Source: Myxococcota bacterium (GTDB taxonomy: Bacteria; Myxococcota_A; UBA796; CAJQPC01). From it: a stretch of DNA of 44,059 nucleotides. Both the position numbers and the translations under genes were made by a program. Every line of letters starts with the position of its first letter. Positions within the stretch are counted from its first letter, which is position 1. Where the stretch lies: contig DASCPX010000174.1 of NCBI GenBank assembly GCA_036012755.1, positions 1 through 44,059 on the forward strand. The letters are read 5' to 3'. Below, piece after piece: positions 19,273-28,524 of the stretch. The notes beneath the pieces are model-generated. The model did not search any database, was not told the DNA's origin, and worked only from the letters and a program-made list of their open reading frames with translations.

Positions 19273-20147
19273 GCGCCCCCGTCGCGGTCGTCGACGTCGG
19301 GAGCAACTCGCTCCACCTCCACGTCGCGCGCCTCTCCGATGGAGCTCTCGAAACCCTCGCGGTGGGCCGAGCGGCGGTGCGCCTCGGTGTGCTCGACGAC
19401 CAGGGATGTCTGCGCGACGAGGCTGTAGAGGGTGCCTTGGGAGCCCTCGCGGAGTTCCTCGACGAAGCCCGCGCCCTGGGCTGCGTGGCCTTCGAGGCTT
19501 GCGCCACCGCCGCTGTGCGAGAGGCTGCTGACTCCGCTCGCTTGATCCGAGGGGCCGAGGCCCTCGGTGTTCACTTGCGTGTCCTCACCGGGCGCCAGGA
19601 GGCCCTCGCCACCTGGTCCGGCGCTCAACGCGCCCTGGGCTTCGAGGAGGCACTGGTCTTCGACCTCGGCGGGCGCTCGACGGAGCTGGTCGTCGGACGC
19701 GCCGACCGCATCGACCTCGTCGAGAGCCTGCCGCTGGGCCACCTCGTGGTCGCGGACTGGGAACGGGTGGCCATCAGCGAGGCCGTCGAGTCCTGCCTCG
19801 ACGCGATCGACGTGGACACCGTCCCGCGAGTCGTCGGCTGCGCTGGCACCGCCCTGGCGTTGGTCACCATGGCGGCGACCGCCCGGGGAGAGAGACCCGC
19901 GAACCGGCACGGACTCTACATCTCCACAGAGGAACTGCGTCTGTTGGTCGACCGGCTCTACGAACCCGATCCCCACCGGATTCCCGGTGTCGACACGCGG
20001 CGGCTGGACTCACTCCCCGGAGGCGCCGCCGCGGTCCTCGCGCTCCTGGAGGGCCTCGATCTCGCGGGCTACACCAGCAGCGAGTCCGCACTCCGCGAAG
20101 GGCTCTTGCACACCCTGCTCTCGAACCCGCGACGCTCACCATGCTGA
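19269..20147 (+). CDS. ppx: Ppx/GppA exopolyphosphatase (short, catalytic domains only)
   Basis: VDVGSNSLHL, ATAAVREA, EALAT, FDLGGRSTE and ALREGLL motifs; TTG start overlapping the sixA stop. Confidence 0.85.
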   Translation: MSAPVAVVDVGSNSLHLHVARLSDGALETLAVGRAAVRLGVLDDQGCLRDEAVEGALGALAEFLDEARALGCVAFEACATAAVREAADSARLIRGAEALGVHLRVLTGRQEALATWSGAQRALGFEEALVFDLGGRSTELVVGRADRIDLVESLPLGHLVVADWERVAISEAVESCLDAIDVDTVPRVVGCAGTALALVTMAATARGERPANRHGLYISTEELRLLVDRLYEPDPHRIPGVDTRRLDSLPGGAAAVLALLEGLDLAGYTSSESALREGLLHTLLSNPRRSPC

Positions 20148-20938
20148 CAGCACTGCGCCAGTTCGCTCGCATCGACGCCACCAAGCGCGCCAGGGACCAC
20201 GCCGTCTGGCTCGGCCCCACCCTGCGCGAGGCCAGCGGGAGCGACAACCTCTGCCTGGGCCTCTTCTCCGCCGGGCGGTCGATCCACGAGGCGCAGCTGC
20301 GCCTGGTAGATGCACTGGCCGAAGGCCTCCCCGCGGGACGGTGGCTCGATGTGGGCAGTGGTCTCGGTGGTCCGGCCCACCGCTGGCTCGAGGACGAGGA
20401 TCGGCAGGTCACGGCCGTGGAGTTGGTGCCCGGGCGCGTCGCGCGAACGCCACCCCACCCCCGGCTGCGCTCGATCGTGGGGGACGCCGACCGGATGCCC
20501 TTCTTCGAGGAGTTCGATGTCGTCCTGGCGCTGGAGTCGGGGCACTACGCCCGGGACCTGTCACAGTTCCTTCACCAGTGTTGGCTGGCGCTCTCCCCAG
20601 GAGGCTGGCTCAGCGCAGCGGTCGTCCTCCGAAAGCGGGAGCACCTCCGCCTCTACGACGTCGGCGTGATCCGGGCGGCCGAGCAGGCTCTCGGCTGTTC
20701 ACCGCTGGCCACGAGCGAGGACTGGGAGAGCATCCTCGCTCGCACCGGCTTCGTCGACGTCAGGCTCCAGGACCGCAGCAAGGAGGTCATCGCGGGTCTG
20801 CCACTGTGGGCGGACGCGCTGGCGACGGCTGGTGGATCGAGAGGCTCGCTGGGTGCGCGCTGTCTTCGCTACGTGGCTCGCCGGGGGAGCTCGGGGCCGC
20901 TGCGCTACGGCCTCGTACGCGCCCGCAAACCACAGTGA
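20141..20938 (+). CDS. Class I SAM-dependent methyltransferase (sterol/tocopherol-type-like)
   Basis: Motif I WLDVGSGLGGPA, GDADRMPF..FDVVLALES and LSPGG. Confidence 0.8.
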   Translation: MLTALRQFARIDATKRARDHAVWLGPTLREASGSDNLCLGLFSAGRSIHEAQLRLVDALAEGLPAGRWLDVGSGLGGPAHRWLEDEDRQVTAVELVPGRVARTPPHPRLRSIVGDADRMPFFEEFDVVLALESGHYARDLSQFLHQCWLALSPGGWLSAAVVLRKREHLRLYDVGVIRAAEQALGCSPLATSEDWESILARTGFVDVRLQDRSKEVIAGLPLWADALATAGGSRGSLGARCLRYVARRGSSGPLRYGLVRARKPQ

Positions 20939-21474
20939 TCCCGCCCGGGCCCGAGACGCGGCGGCGCCTGCTCGAGGCGCTGTCTCTCAAGACCCTGCCC
21001 CGCGCGGGCTGGGAACGCGCGGGCGTGTCGAAGCCAGAGAGCGTCGCCGCTCACTCCTGGGGTGTGGCCTGGCTGGTGCTCGTGCTCTGCCCCGAGGAGC
21101 TGGATCTGGAGACCGCTCTGGCGATCGCGGTCGTGCACGACCTCGCCGAGGTCCGCGTCGGCGACATCACTCCCCACGACGGCATCGATCCGCGCGAAAA
21201 GACCAGGCTCGAGCGTGAGGCCTTCGCGGACATGGTCGACCCCCTGCCAAGAGCCGAGCGGCTGCTCGCGCTCTTCGAGGCCTACGGCGACAGCCCCGAG
21301 GGTCGCTTCGTGCAGGTTTGCGACAAGCTCGACATGGCGCTCCAGGCCGCCTGGTACGAGGCGGACGACCACACGCTCGATCTCTCCGAGTTCGTGGACT
21401 CGGCGCTGGCGAAGCTGGCCTCGGGCAAGCTGGCCGAGCTCGTCAGATCTTGCGACGAACCTCGCGAACCCTGA
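20935..21474 (+). CDS. HD-domain 5'-deoxynucleotidase (YfbR/HDDC2-like)
   Basis: LKTLPRAGW...ESVAAHSW, VHDLAEVRVGDITP and CDKLDMALQA motifs; GTGA overlap with the upstream gene. Confidence 0.85.
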   Translation: MIPPGPETRRRLLEALSLKTLPRAGWERAGVSKPESVAAHSWGVAWLVLVLCPEELDLETALAIAVVHDLAEVRVGDITPHDGIDPREKTRLEREAFADMVDPLPRAERLLALFEAYGDSPEGRFVQVCDKLDMALQAAWYEADDHTLDLSEFVDSALAKLASGKLAELVRSCDEPREP

Positions 21475-21790
21475 GGCTGAGCACGCCACTGGCGTCCTCG
21501 ATCCCCTTGTCCCACTCGATGATCCCGCGAATGGCGGAGATGGCGTTGTCCTGGCTCGGGGCCTCCGGCACCAGGTTCTGCCAGCCTTCCGCCTCGCAGA
21601 GGGCCTCGAGGCTGGGGTAGCGGCGGACCATTCCGACGGTGATGGAGCCGATGGACCCGAACTCCAGGCGGTCGCCGGAGCAGATCATCGAGTACTCGAG
21701 CGTGGCCGGGACCGCGTAGACGGTCTTCAGCCCCTTCTCCATGTTCTCGAAGGCTTCGACGTGCACACCGGCGTCGTAGGTCGCCAACAC
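21443..21790 (-). CDS. ASCH/PUA-like domain protein (degenerate motif)
   Basis: F..M.KGLKTV...I.SGDRLEF...V..VRRYPSLEAL...G...LVP...E...GVL pattern; RBS ggagga. Confidence 0.6.
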   Translation of the reverse strand: MLATYDAGVHVEAFENMEKGLKTVYAVPATLEYSMICSGDRLEFGSIGSITVGMVRRYPSLEALCEAEGWQNLVPEAPSQDNAISAIRGIIEWDKGIEDASGVLSLRVREVRRKI

Positions 21791-21836
21791 TCCTCCCAGT
21801 CAGCCCACCCTCTAATGCGCTGAGGGCGGCGCGCAA

Positions 21837-22175
21837 TCATCCCGGCGGCCACTGCAGCGGGCGCCCGCCGAGTACGTGGCAGTGGAGGTGGAAGACCGTC
21901 TGACCGGCTCCGGCTCCGTTGTTCACGACGAGGCGGTAGCCGCTGTCCTCGATGCCCTCCTGCCTGGCGACGGCCTTGGCGGCGAGCAGCACCCGGCCGA
22001 GGAGTTCGGCGTCCTCCGGCTCGGCCGAGGCAACGTTGACGAGCGGCCTGCGCGGCACGACGAGGACGTGCACCGGAGCCTGGGGGGCGATGTCGCGAAA
22101 GGCAACGCAGAACTCGTCCTGGTAGACGATGTCCGCCGGGATCTCGCGGGCGATGATCTTCTCGAAGAGCGTCAT
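21837..22175 (-). CDS. hinT: Histidine triad (HIT/HinT) nucleotide-binding protein
   Basis: TLFEKIIAREIPADIVY, AFRDIAPQAPVHVLVVP and GQTVFHLHCHVLGGR motifs. Confidence 0.92.
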   Translation of the reverse strand: MTLFEKIIAREIPADIVYQDEFCVAFRDIAPQAPVHVLVVPRRPLVNVASAEPEDAELLGRVLLAAKAVARQEGIEDSGYRLVVNNGAGAGQTVFHLHCHVLGGRPLQWPPG

Positions 22176-22197
22176 ACGACGCCCTATCGCGACGGCG

Positions 22198-22692
22198 TCA
22201 ATAGCGAGCGGTGATGGGCAACAGCAGCATGCCGCCATCGTACTTGCTGCCGGCGACGACGAAGGTCGTGCCACGCTTCACGGCGACGGTGGTCTCCAGG
22301 AGCTTCTTGTCCCCCTTGAAGAGCTGAACCTGCAGGCGCACCCGGTCGGCGTCCTTGCTGATCAGGGTCACCTTGACCTTTCGGCCGCCCTCCACCTCGA
22401 ACACCGCCGGCTTTCCGCTGACCAGCGGCGACTTGTTGGTAGAGAGCACCCGGAAGTCCTGGTACCGCAAGTGGTCCAGGTCCAGGTTCAGGGCCTCCAG
22501 CTTCGGGTCCACGTGAGGCGGCCCGTCCTTGGCGTGGACGACCATGACCTCGATGTTGACCCGGGACGTGCTGGGCGTCTTGGCCTTGCCGCCCTTCTGA
22601 ACCGTCTTGGGGGGCTGCTGAGCCTCCGCCACGGGGGCGCCGATGCCCAGAGCGAGCGCGAGTCCGAGTCCTGTCAGTGCGCGCCAGTTCAC
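22198..22692 (-). CDS. Secreted hypothetical protein in the ECF sigma operon
   Basis: Signal peptide MNWRALTGLGLALALGIGAPVAEA followed by a basic beta-rich domain; GTGA overlap with the anti-sigma gene. Confidence 0.65.
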   Translation of the reverse strand: MNWRALTGLGLALALGIGAPVAEAQQPPKTVQKGGKAKTPSTSRVNIEVMVVHAKDGPPHVDPKLEALNLDLDHLRYQDFRVLSTNKSPLVSGKPAVFEVEGGRKVKVTLISKDADRVRLQVQLFKGDKKLLETTVAVKRGTTFVVAGSKYDGGMLLLPITARY

Positions 22693-23684
22693 AGCGTGGC
22701 TCCTTCGTCGCCCTCGTCGATCATCAGGAACAAGGGGGCTCCCTCCTCCATCTGGATCACCTGGACGAGCACGTCGTCGTCCATCTCGAGGGACTCGACC
22801 TCGGTCTCGTGGACCATGGCGTAGACGTCCTCGGCGACGGCGCTGTCCGTGGGGGCCTCCTCCACGAGGGCCGCGACCTCGGGGGTCGGGTCCGGCTGCA
22901 GCTCGACGTCCTCGTTCACGAAGGCTCGACCGAGCATCAGGACGACGATGCAGAGGGCGGCGAGAGCCGGCAACGCGGGGGAGAGAAACAGCCGGCGCCA
23001 CGCGGGGGCCGAGGTCTCCTCGGTCTCCTCCGTGACCGGCTCGGGCATCGGCTGGGGGCGCGGGAGCGCGTTCATGATGGCCGCGGTGAGCTTGCCCTCC
23101 TCCGCAGCGCTGAGCTCCGCGCGAGCCGCGATGGCCTCGCGCAGGACCTCGGCGGCCTCGTCCCAACCAGGGACCTCCTCCGGGTCTTCGACGCCGATCT
23201 CGCGAGCGACCCCTACCCAGAGGTCGACCTCGTCGTGCTTCAGCTTCTTCGAGAGCGACTGGCGCAGCTGCCGCCCGAGGTCCGCGAAGTCCGTCATCAG
23301 GTCGACGTCCGCCGGGTTCGCCGCGAGGTGCGCGGCGACAGCCACTCGCTCCTCGCCGGAGAGTTCCCCGTCGACCATCGCGGAGAGGCGCAGCTCGAGG
23401 CCGAGGTCTTCTGTGACGATCGAGTCCTGGACGGAGTCATCGACGAAGTCACCGACGGCGGCGAGTCCGGGCTGGAGCGACGCCATCACGTTGTCCGCGA
23501 GGTCAGGATCCTCCACCTCCAGCGCGCCCTGCAGCTCGCTCCGCAGCACTTCCAGTCGAGCGAGGCGCTCCTGGGCGTCCCCGAGCTCGAGAAGCCTGGC
23601 CCTCTCCTCGTCAGAGGCCTCACCATCGAGGACCCGCATCAGCAGGACGTCGAGGAGGTCCATCTCAGGCTCGTGGGTAGGCAT
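22689..23684 (-). CDS. Membrane anti-sigma factor (RseA/zf-HC2-like, Cys-free)
   Basis: Directly downstream of the ECF sigma gene; LSAMVDGELSGEERVAVAAHL motif; one TM (ALAALCIVVLML); acidic C-terminal tail. Confidence 0.72.
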   Translation of the reverse strand: MPTHEPEMDLLDVLLMRVLDGEASDEERARLLELGDAQERLARLEVLRSELQGALEVEDPDLADNVMASLQPGLAAVGDFVDDSVQDSIVTEDLGLELRLSAMVDGELSGEERVAVAAHLAANPADVDLMTDFADLGRQLRQSLSKKLKHDEVDLWVGVAREIGVEDPEEVPGWDEAAEVLREAIAARAELSAAEEGKLTAAIMNALPRPQPMPEPVTEETEETSAPAWRRLFLSPALPALAALCIVVLMLGRAFVNEDVELQPDPTPEVAALVEEAPTDSAVAEDVYAMVHETEVESLEMDDDVLVQVIQMEEGAPLFLMIDEGDEGATL

Positions 23685-23758
23685 GGGGTCGTGGGGGAAG
23701 GGGTGGGAGTCGGTGGCTTCGACGCGGGGGTCTCGGGTCTATTCGAAGCGATCCGTGA

Positions 23759-24364
23759 TCAATCACGCTCGCCCTTGAGCGCCGCTTGGAGCTTGCGCCG
23801 GGCATAGAACAAACGGGACATCACGGTGCCCTCGGCGATCTCGAGGGCGTCCGCGATCTCCTTGTAGGAAAAGCCCTCGACCTCACGCAGCAGGATGATC
23901 TGTTTGTGGTCGGGAGAGAGCTTGTCGAGAGCGCTGAGGATCCGGCCGTGGAGCTGCTTGCGCTCCAGCTCGCGGCTGGCATTGCCGAGCGAGTGCCCCG
24001 AGTGGAGGTCACCCTCCGCGTCGTAGCTGGCCACGCCCTCGTCGAACTCGCTGTGACGCCGCTTCTTGAACTTGCGGAGGTGGTCGATCGCGAGGTTCAT
24101 CGCGATGCGGTAGAGCCAGGTGTAGAAGCTCGACTCGAGACGGAATCGATCGAGGTTCTTGTAGGCCTTGACGAAGGCCTCCTGGGTGATGTCGCGGGCG
24201 TCTTCCTTGTCCCGAACCATGCCGCAGACCAGGGCATAGACGCGCCTCTGGTAGCGCTCGACGAGGCCCCGATAGGCAGTCGAGTCGCCGGCGAGGACCG
24301 CCTCCACCAGAGCCCGGTCCTCGGCCTTCTGGTCCGTCGTGGGCTTTCCTCTGAGGGTCTTCAT
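23759..24364 (-). CDS. ECF RNA polymerase sigma-70 factor (RpoE/SigW-like)
   Basis: AYRGLVERYQRRVY, DARDITQEAFVKAY, SSFYTWLYRIAMN and FSYKEIADALEIAEGTVMSRLFYAR motifs. Confidence 0.93.
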   Translation of the reverse strand: MKTLRGKPTTDQKAEDRALVEAVLAGDSTAYRGLVERYQRRVYALVCGMVRDKEDARDITQEAFVKAYKNLDRFRLESSFYTWLYRIAMNLAIDHLRKFKKRRHSEFDEGVASYDAEGDLHSGHSLGNASRELERKQLHGRILSALDKLSPDHKQIILLREVEGFSYKEIADALEIAEGTVMSRLFYARRKLQAALKGERD

Positions 24365-24396
24365 CAGCGACAACCTATCCGATATCTTCGACTCGG

Positions 24397-27051
24397 CTAG
24401 TGTGCCGCGTCCCATGTCCGAGCGTGGCCGCACTCGACTTTCATGCGCACCGAGACCGGCGCGACGCCCTCCATCTCCTCGCGAACGAAGGCCGCGACGG
24501 ACTCGACCTCCTGCTCCGGGACCTCGAAGAGCAGCTCATCGTGGACCTGCAGGATCATGCGGGCCGCCGAGGCCTCGCGCTCCAGCCGACGCGCGACCCT
24601 GACCATGGCGAGCTTGATGAGGTCCGCCGCGGAGCCCTGGATCGGCGTGTTGATGGCCAGCCGCTCGCTGGAGGAGCGGTCGAAGAAGTTGCGGGAGTTC
24701 AGGTGGCTGATGGTGCGCCGGCGGCCCCAGAGGGTGCGGGAGTGGCCCTGGACGCGGGCAGCGTCGATGCTGCCGTCCATGTACGACTTCACCTCCGGGT
24801 ACTGCTCGAAGTAGGCGTCGATGTAGGCCTGGGCTTCGGCGCGCTCGATCTTGAGATCACGCGCGAGCCGCGGCGCGGCCATGCCGTAGATGATGCCGAA
24901 GTTGATGGCCTTGGCGGCGGTGCGTTGGGTCTTGTCGACCTCGTCCATCGGCACGCCGAAGATCTGGGATGCGGTGCGCCTGTGGATGTCCTGCCCCTTT
25001 TCGAAGGCATCGAAGAGCGCGCCGGCCCCGCAGAAGTGGGCGAGCAGGCGCAGCTCGATCTGGCTGTAGTCGCAGGAGAGGAACACGTGACCTTCTCGGG
25101 CCACGAAACACCTGCGGATCCGACGACCTTCCGCGGTGCGCACCGGGATGTTCTGGAGGTTGGGGTCCGCGGATGACAGGCGCCCGGTCGCCGCTACGGC
25201 CTGGTTGAGGTGGGTGTGGATCCTCCCCTCCCGCTCGTAGTGAGGGAGGGCGTCGAGGTAGGTGTTCTTCAGCTTGTCGAGCTGACGTCGCTGCACGATG
25301 AGCCGAGGCAGCTCGTGCTGGTCCGCCAGGTGCTCGAGGGTCGCCGCGTCGGTGGAGAAGCCGGTCTTCGTCTTCTTCAGGGGCTCCAGTCCGAGCTCCT
25401 CGAAGAGCACGACCTGCAGCTCCTTGGGCGAGTTGATCTTGAAAGGCCGACCGGCGAGCTCCACGATTCGCTCGTCGATCCCGACCAGGCGCTCGGCGAG
25501 CTCCACGCTGATGGCCTTCAGCGCCGGGACGTCGACCCCGATGCCTTGGTCCTCCATCTCCGCGAGCACCCTCACCAGGGGCAGCTCGATGTCGTGGTAG
25601 ACCCCGAGCTGCTGGTGCTCGACGAGGCGCTCCGCGATGGCCCCCTCGAGCAGCCAACACACGTGCGCGGCCTCCGCGGCGTGGGCCAGCGGGGACTCCG
25701 GCGTGCACTTCATGGCGTGGCCCAGGTAGCGGAGCGCGAGGTCAGCCAGCTCGCGGTTCGTCCTCGCCGGCTCCAGCAGGTAGTCGCCGAGCAGCGCGTC
25801 CCCGGCCTGGCCGCGCAGGTCGATGCCATGGCGCGAGAGCACCCGCCGCTCGAACTTCAGCTGGTGACCGGTCTTGCGGACCCGCGGATCCTCGAGCATC
25901 GGCCGCAGCCGTGAGAGCACGAGGTCGATCTCGAGGGTGTCGATACGGCGCGTGCCGAAGAGCGTCCCATCACCCTCGGTGCGCGGGCCAATCGGGATGA
26001 AGACGGCGGCATCGCCAGCCCAGCTGAGCCCGACGCCGCGAATCGTCGCGTCCATCGCGCCCTGGTCGTCGGTGTGGAGGACGACAGCGACGATGCCTTG
26101 TTCGCCGCGAACCATCTCGATGTCGGCGAGGACCCCATCCAGAGCCTGCGAGGTGGTGACGGCGCGGTAGTGGGAGGGGTCGATCTCGCTGCGGGCGCCT
26201 GCCTCGGCTTCCTGCAGCTCCTTCAGGTGCTTGCGGAACTGCCACTTCATGAAGAGCTTGCGAAGCTCCCGCACGTCTCTCGTGGCGCCTCCGAGGTCGT
26301 CGAGAGCGATGCCGAGCTCGCAGTCGGTCTTGATCGTGACGAGCTTCCGCGACAGGCGGGCCATCTCCGCGTTGTCGGCCACCGAAGCACCACGCTTGCC
26401 GCCGATCTTCGCGGCGTTCGCGATGGCACCCTCGAGGTCGCCGTACTTCTGGACGTAGCTCATGGCGGTCTTCACGCCGACTCCCGGCACGCCGGGCACG
26501 TTGTCGGAGCTGTCCCCAGCGAGGCCCTGGACGTCGATCACTTTGTCGGGTGGCACCCCGAAGCGCTCGATGACGCCCTCGCGGTCGATGACCTTGTCCT
26601 TCATGACGTCGAGGATCTCGGTGTCGTCATCGACCAGCTGATAGAAGTCCTTGTCGCCCGTCACCATCGTGACCTGCACCTCGGGCGACGCCAGCTGCTT
26701 GGCCAGGGTGCCGATGACGTCGTCCGCCTCGACCCCGGTGGGGTTCAAGAAGGTGTGGCCCCAGGCCTCGACCAGGGACTGGAAGTGACCCCACTGCTCC
26801 CTCAGCTCATCGGGCATGTTCGGCCGGTGGCCCTTGTACTCCGGGTACATCTCGATGCGGAAGCTGGGGCCGTTGTCGAAGCAGACGACGATCCAGTCCG
26901 GCTCGTAGTCTCGCTCCAGCTTGCGCAGCATGTTCGCGAAGCCCAGGAGCGCGCCGGTCGGAAAGCCAGCGGCGTACATGTTCCGCGGCATGGCGTGGAA
27001 GACGCGGAAGGCGTGGTTGCTGCCGTCGATCAGGAAGAGCTTCTTGGGCAT
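24397..27051 (-). CDS. polA: DNA polymerase I
   Basis: 5'-3' exonuclease LIDGS, EADDVIGT and GDSSDNVPGVPGVG; polymerase TGRLSSADPNLQNIP, DYSQIELR, KAINFGIIYGM and QVHDEL. Confidence 0.97.
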   Translation of the reverse strand: MPKKLFLIDGSNHAFRVFHAMPRNMYAAGFPTGALLGFANMLRKLERDYEPDWIVVCFDNGPSFRIEMYPEYKGHRPNMPDELREQWGHFQSLVEAWGHTFLNPTGVEADDVIGTLAKQLASPEVQVTMVTGDKDFYQLVDDDTEILDVMKDKVIDREGVIERFGVPPDKVIDVQGLAGDSSDNVPGVPGVGVKTAMSYVQKYGDLEGAIANAAKIGGKRGASVADNAEMARLSRKLVTIKTDCELGIALDDLGGATRDVRELRKLFMKWQFRKHLKELQEAEAGARSEIDPSHYRAVTTSQALDGVLADIEMVRGEQGIVAVVLHTDDQGAMDATIRGVGLSWAGDAAVFIPIGPRTEGDGTLFGTRRIDTLEIDLVLSRLRPMLEDPRVRKTGHQLKFERRVLSRHGIDLRGQAGDALLGDYLLEPARTNRELADLALRYLGHAMKCTPESPLAHAAEAAHVCWLLEGAIAERLVEHQQLGVYHDIELPLVRVLAEMEDQGIGVDVPALKAISVELAERLVGIDERIVELAGRPFKINSPKELQVVLFEELGLEPLKKTKTGFSTDAATLEHLADQHELPRLIVQRRQLDKLKNTYLDALPHYEREGRIHTHLNQAVAATGRLSSADPNLQNIPVRTAEGRRIRRCFVAREGHVFLSCDYSQIELRLLAHFCGAGALFDAFEKGQDIHRRTASQIFGVPMDEVDKTQRTAAKAINFGIIYGMAAPRLARDLKIERAEAQAYIDAYFEQYPEVKSYMDGSIDAARVQGHSRTLWGRRRTISHLNSRNFFDRSSSERLAINTPIQGSAADLIKLAMVRVARRLEREASAARMILQVHDELLFEVPEQEVESVAAFVREEMEGVAPVSVRMKVECGHARTWDAAH

Positions 27052-27081
27052 GGCCTGCGGGTATCCCGGTTAGTTCCACTC

Positions 27082-28221
27082 ATGGACATCTTCGCGCCCT
27101 CGGAAGAACACGCGATGCTGCGGGACATGGTCCGGGACTTCACCCGGGCCGAAGTCGAGCCCCAAGCGGCCGAATACGATGAAAAGGAGTGCTTGAACGG
27201 GCCGCTGTTCCGACAGCTCGGCGAGCTCGGCCTGCTCGGCATCACCGTCCCTGAGGAGTGGGGCGGATCGGGCATGGACGCCACCGCCGCCGTGATCGCC
27301 CACCACGAGCTGTCGAAGTCCGACCCGGGCTTCTGCCTCGCCTACCTCGCGCACAGCATGCTGTTCGTGAACAACTTCTTCTACTGCTCCAACGACTCGC
27401 AGAAGAAGAGGTGGCTGGAGCAGGTCATCTCCGGTGAGTGGGTCGGGGGCATGGCGATGACCGAGCCCGGCTACGGAACGGACGTGCTCGGCATGACCAC
27501 GACCGCACAGCGGCGAGGTGACGTCTACCTGCTCAACGGAACCAAGACCTTCATCACGAACGGGCCGGAAGGTCACATCTTCCTTGTCTACGCGAAGGTC
27601 GACGGCCGCCTGACGGCCTTCGCGGTCACCGCCGACCTTCCAGGCTTCTCGGCCTCTGAGCACATCCCCAAGATGGGCATGAGGGCCTCGTCGATGAGCG
27701 AGCTGATCTTCGAGGACTGCGAGGTCCCCGCCGACAACGTGCTCGGCGACATCGGCGGCGGCGCGACCCACATGATGCGCAACCTGGAGATCGAGCGCCT
27801 GACGCTGGCGGCGATGTCGCTCGGCATCGCCGATCGCTGCCTCGAGCTGATGGTCACGTATGCCAACGAGCGCGTCAGCTTCGGCCGGAAGATCAACCGC
27901 TACGGTCAGATCCAGCGCTACATCGGCGAGTCCTACGCGAAGACCGAGGCCGCTCGGGCGCTCATCTACCAGGTGGCACAGGGCGTCGGCCCGGACGAAC
28001 GCAACCGACTCGGCTCGGACGCCGCGAAGCTCTTCGCGGCCCCCGTCGGCAAGGAGGTCGCCGACGCGGCGATGCAGGTCCTGGGGGGCTCGGGCTACTG
28101 CCGCGAGTACCCCATCGAGCGGCTCTTGCGCGACGCCAAGCTGCTCGAGATCGGCGGCGGCACGCTGGAGTCCCACCAGAAGAACATCACGAAGGACATC
28201 ACCCAGGTCGTCTGCGTCTGA
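27082..28221 (+). CDS. Acyl-CoA dehydrogenase (isovaleryl-CoA dehydrogenase-like)
   Basis: GLLGITVPEEWGGSG, AMTEPGYGTD, NGTKTFITNG, KMGMRAS, LEIERL and RDAKLLEIGGGT motifs. Confidence 0.9.
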   Translation: MDIFAPSEEHAMLRDMVRDFTRAEVEPQAAEYDEKECLNGPLFRQLGELGLLGITVPEEWGGSGMDATAAVIAHHELSKSDPGFCLAYLAHSMLFVNNFFYCSNDSQKKRWLEQVISGEWVGGMAMTEPGYGTDVLGMTTTAQRRGDVYLLNGTKTFITNGPEGHIFLVYAKVDGRLTAFAVTADLPGFSASEHIPKMGMRASSMSELIFEDCEVPADNVLGDIGGGATHMMRNLEIERLTLAAMSLGIADRCLELMVTYANERVSFGRKINRYGQIQRYIGESYAKTEAARALIYQVAQGVGPDERNRLGSDAAKLFAAPVGKEVADAAMQVLGGSGYCREYPIERLLRDAKLLEIGGGTLESHQKNITKDITQVVCV

Positions 28222-28249
28222 GTCGCCCGTGTCTCCCCGCCAACGGGGC

Positions 28250-28453
28250 GCCGGCAACTCGCTCCCGGTGAAACAGGGTGTTTCAGCCAAGCCGACTTGG
28301 GCCGCCAACTCGCTCTCGGTGAAACAGGGTGTTTCAGCCACGCCGACTTGGGCCGCCAACTCGCTCTCGGTGAAACAGGGTGTTTCAGCCAAGCCGACTT
28401 GGGCCGCCAACTCGCTCTCGGTGAAACAGGGTGTTTCAGCCACGCCGACTTGG
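28250..28453. repeat. 51-bp tandem repeat x4, each unit with palindrome TGAAACA-ggg-TGTTTCA; intergenic
   Basis: Units start at 28250, 28301, 28352 and 28403 (gccgccaactcgctctcggtgaaacagggtgtttcagccaMgccgacttgg). The A/C position alternates, giving a 102-bp super-period. Confidence 0.95.
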
Positions 28454-28493
28454 CCCAAGGAATCCAAGGTGGGGGCGTGGCCCACACCCCACG

Positions 28494-28524
28494 GTCGGAT
28501 TCCAAGCCCCCCCTGTCGGATTCC
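28494..28524 (+). promoter_or_regulatory. Direct repeat GTCGGATTCC x2, 21 bp apart (candidate enhancer-binding-protein site)
   Basis: Copies at 28494-28503 and 28515-28524, about 90-110 bp upstream of the predicted sigma-54 transcription start. An inverted half-site GGAATCC lies at 28459. Confidence 0.45.

Noticed and set aside
25600..26160. PolA 3'-5' exonuclease domain lacking the ExoI DxE motif (VVLHTDD)
   Set aside because: The observation is real, but proofreading-deficient PolA is common in bacteria, so it is not novel.
28250..28453. CRISPR array (palindromic repeats at regular spacing)
   Set aside because: The sequence between palindromes is nearly identical in all units, so there are no unique spacers, and there are no cas genes. 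It is a tandem repeat.
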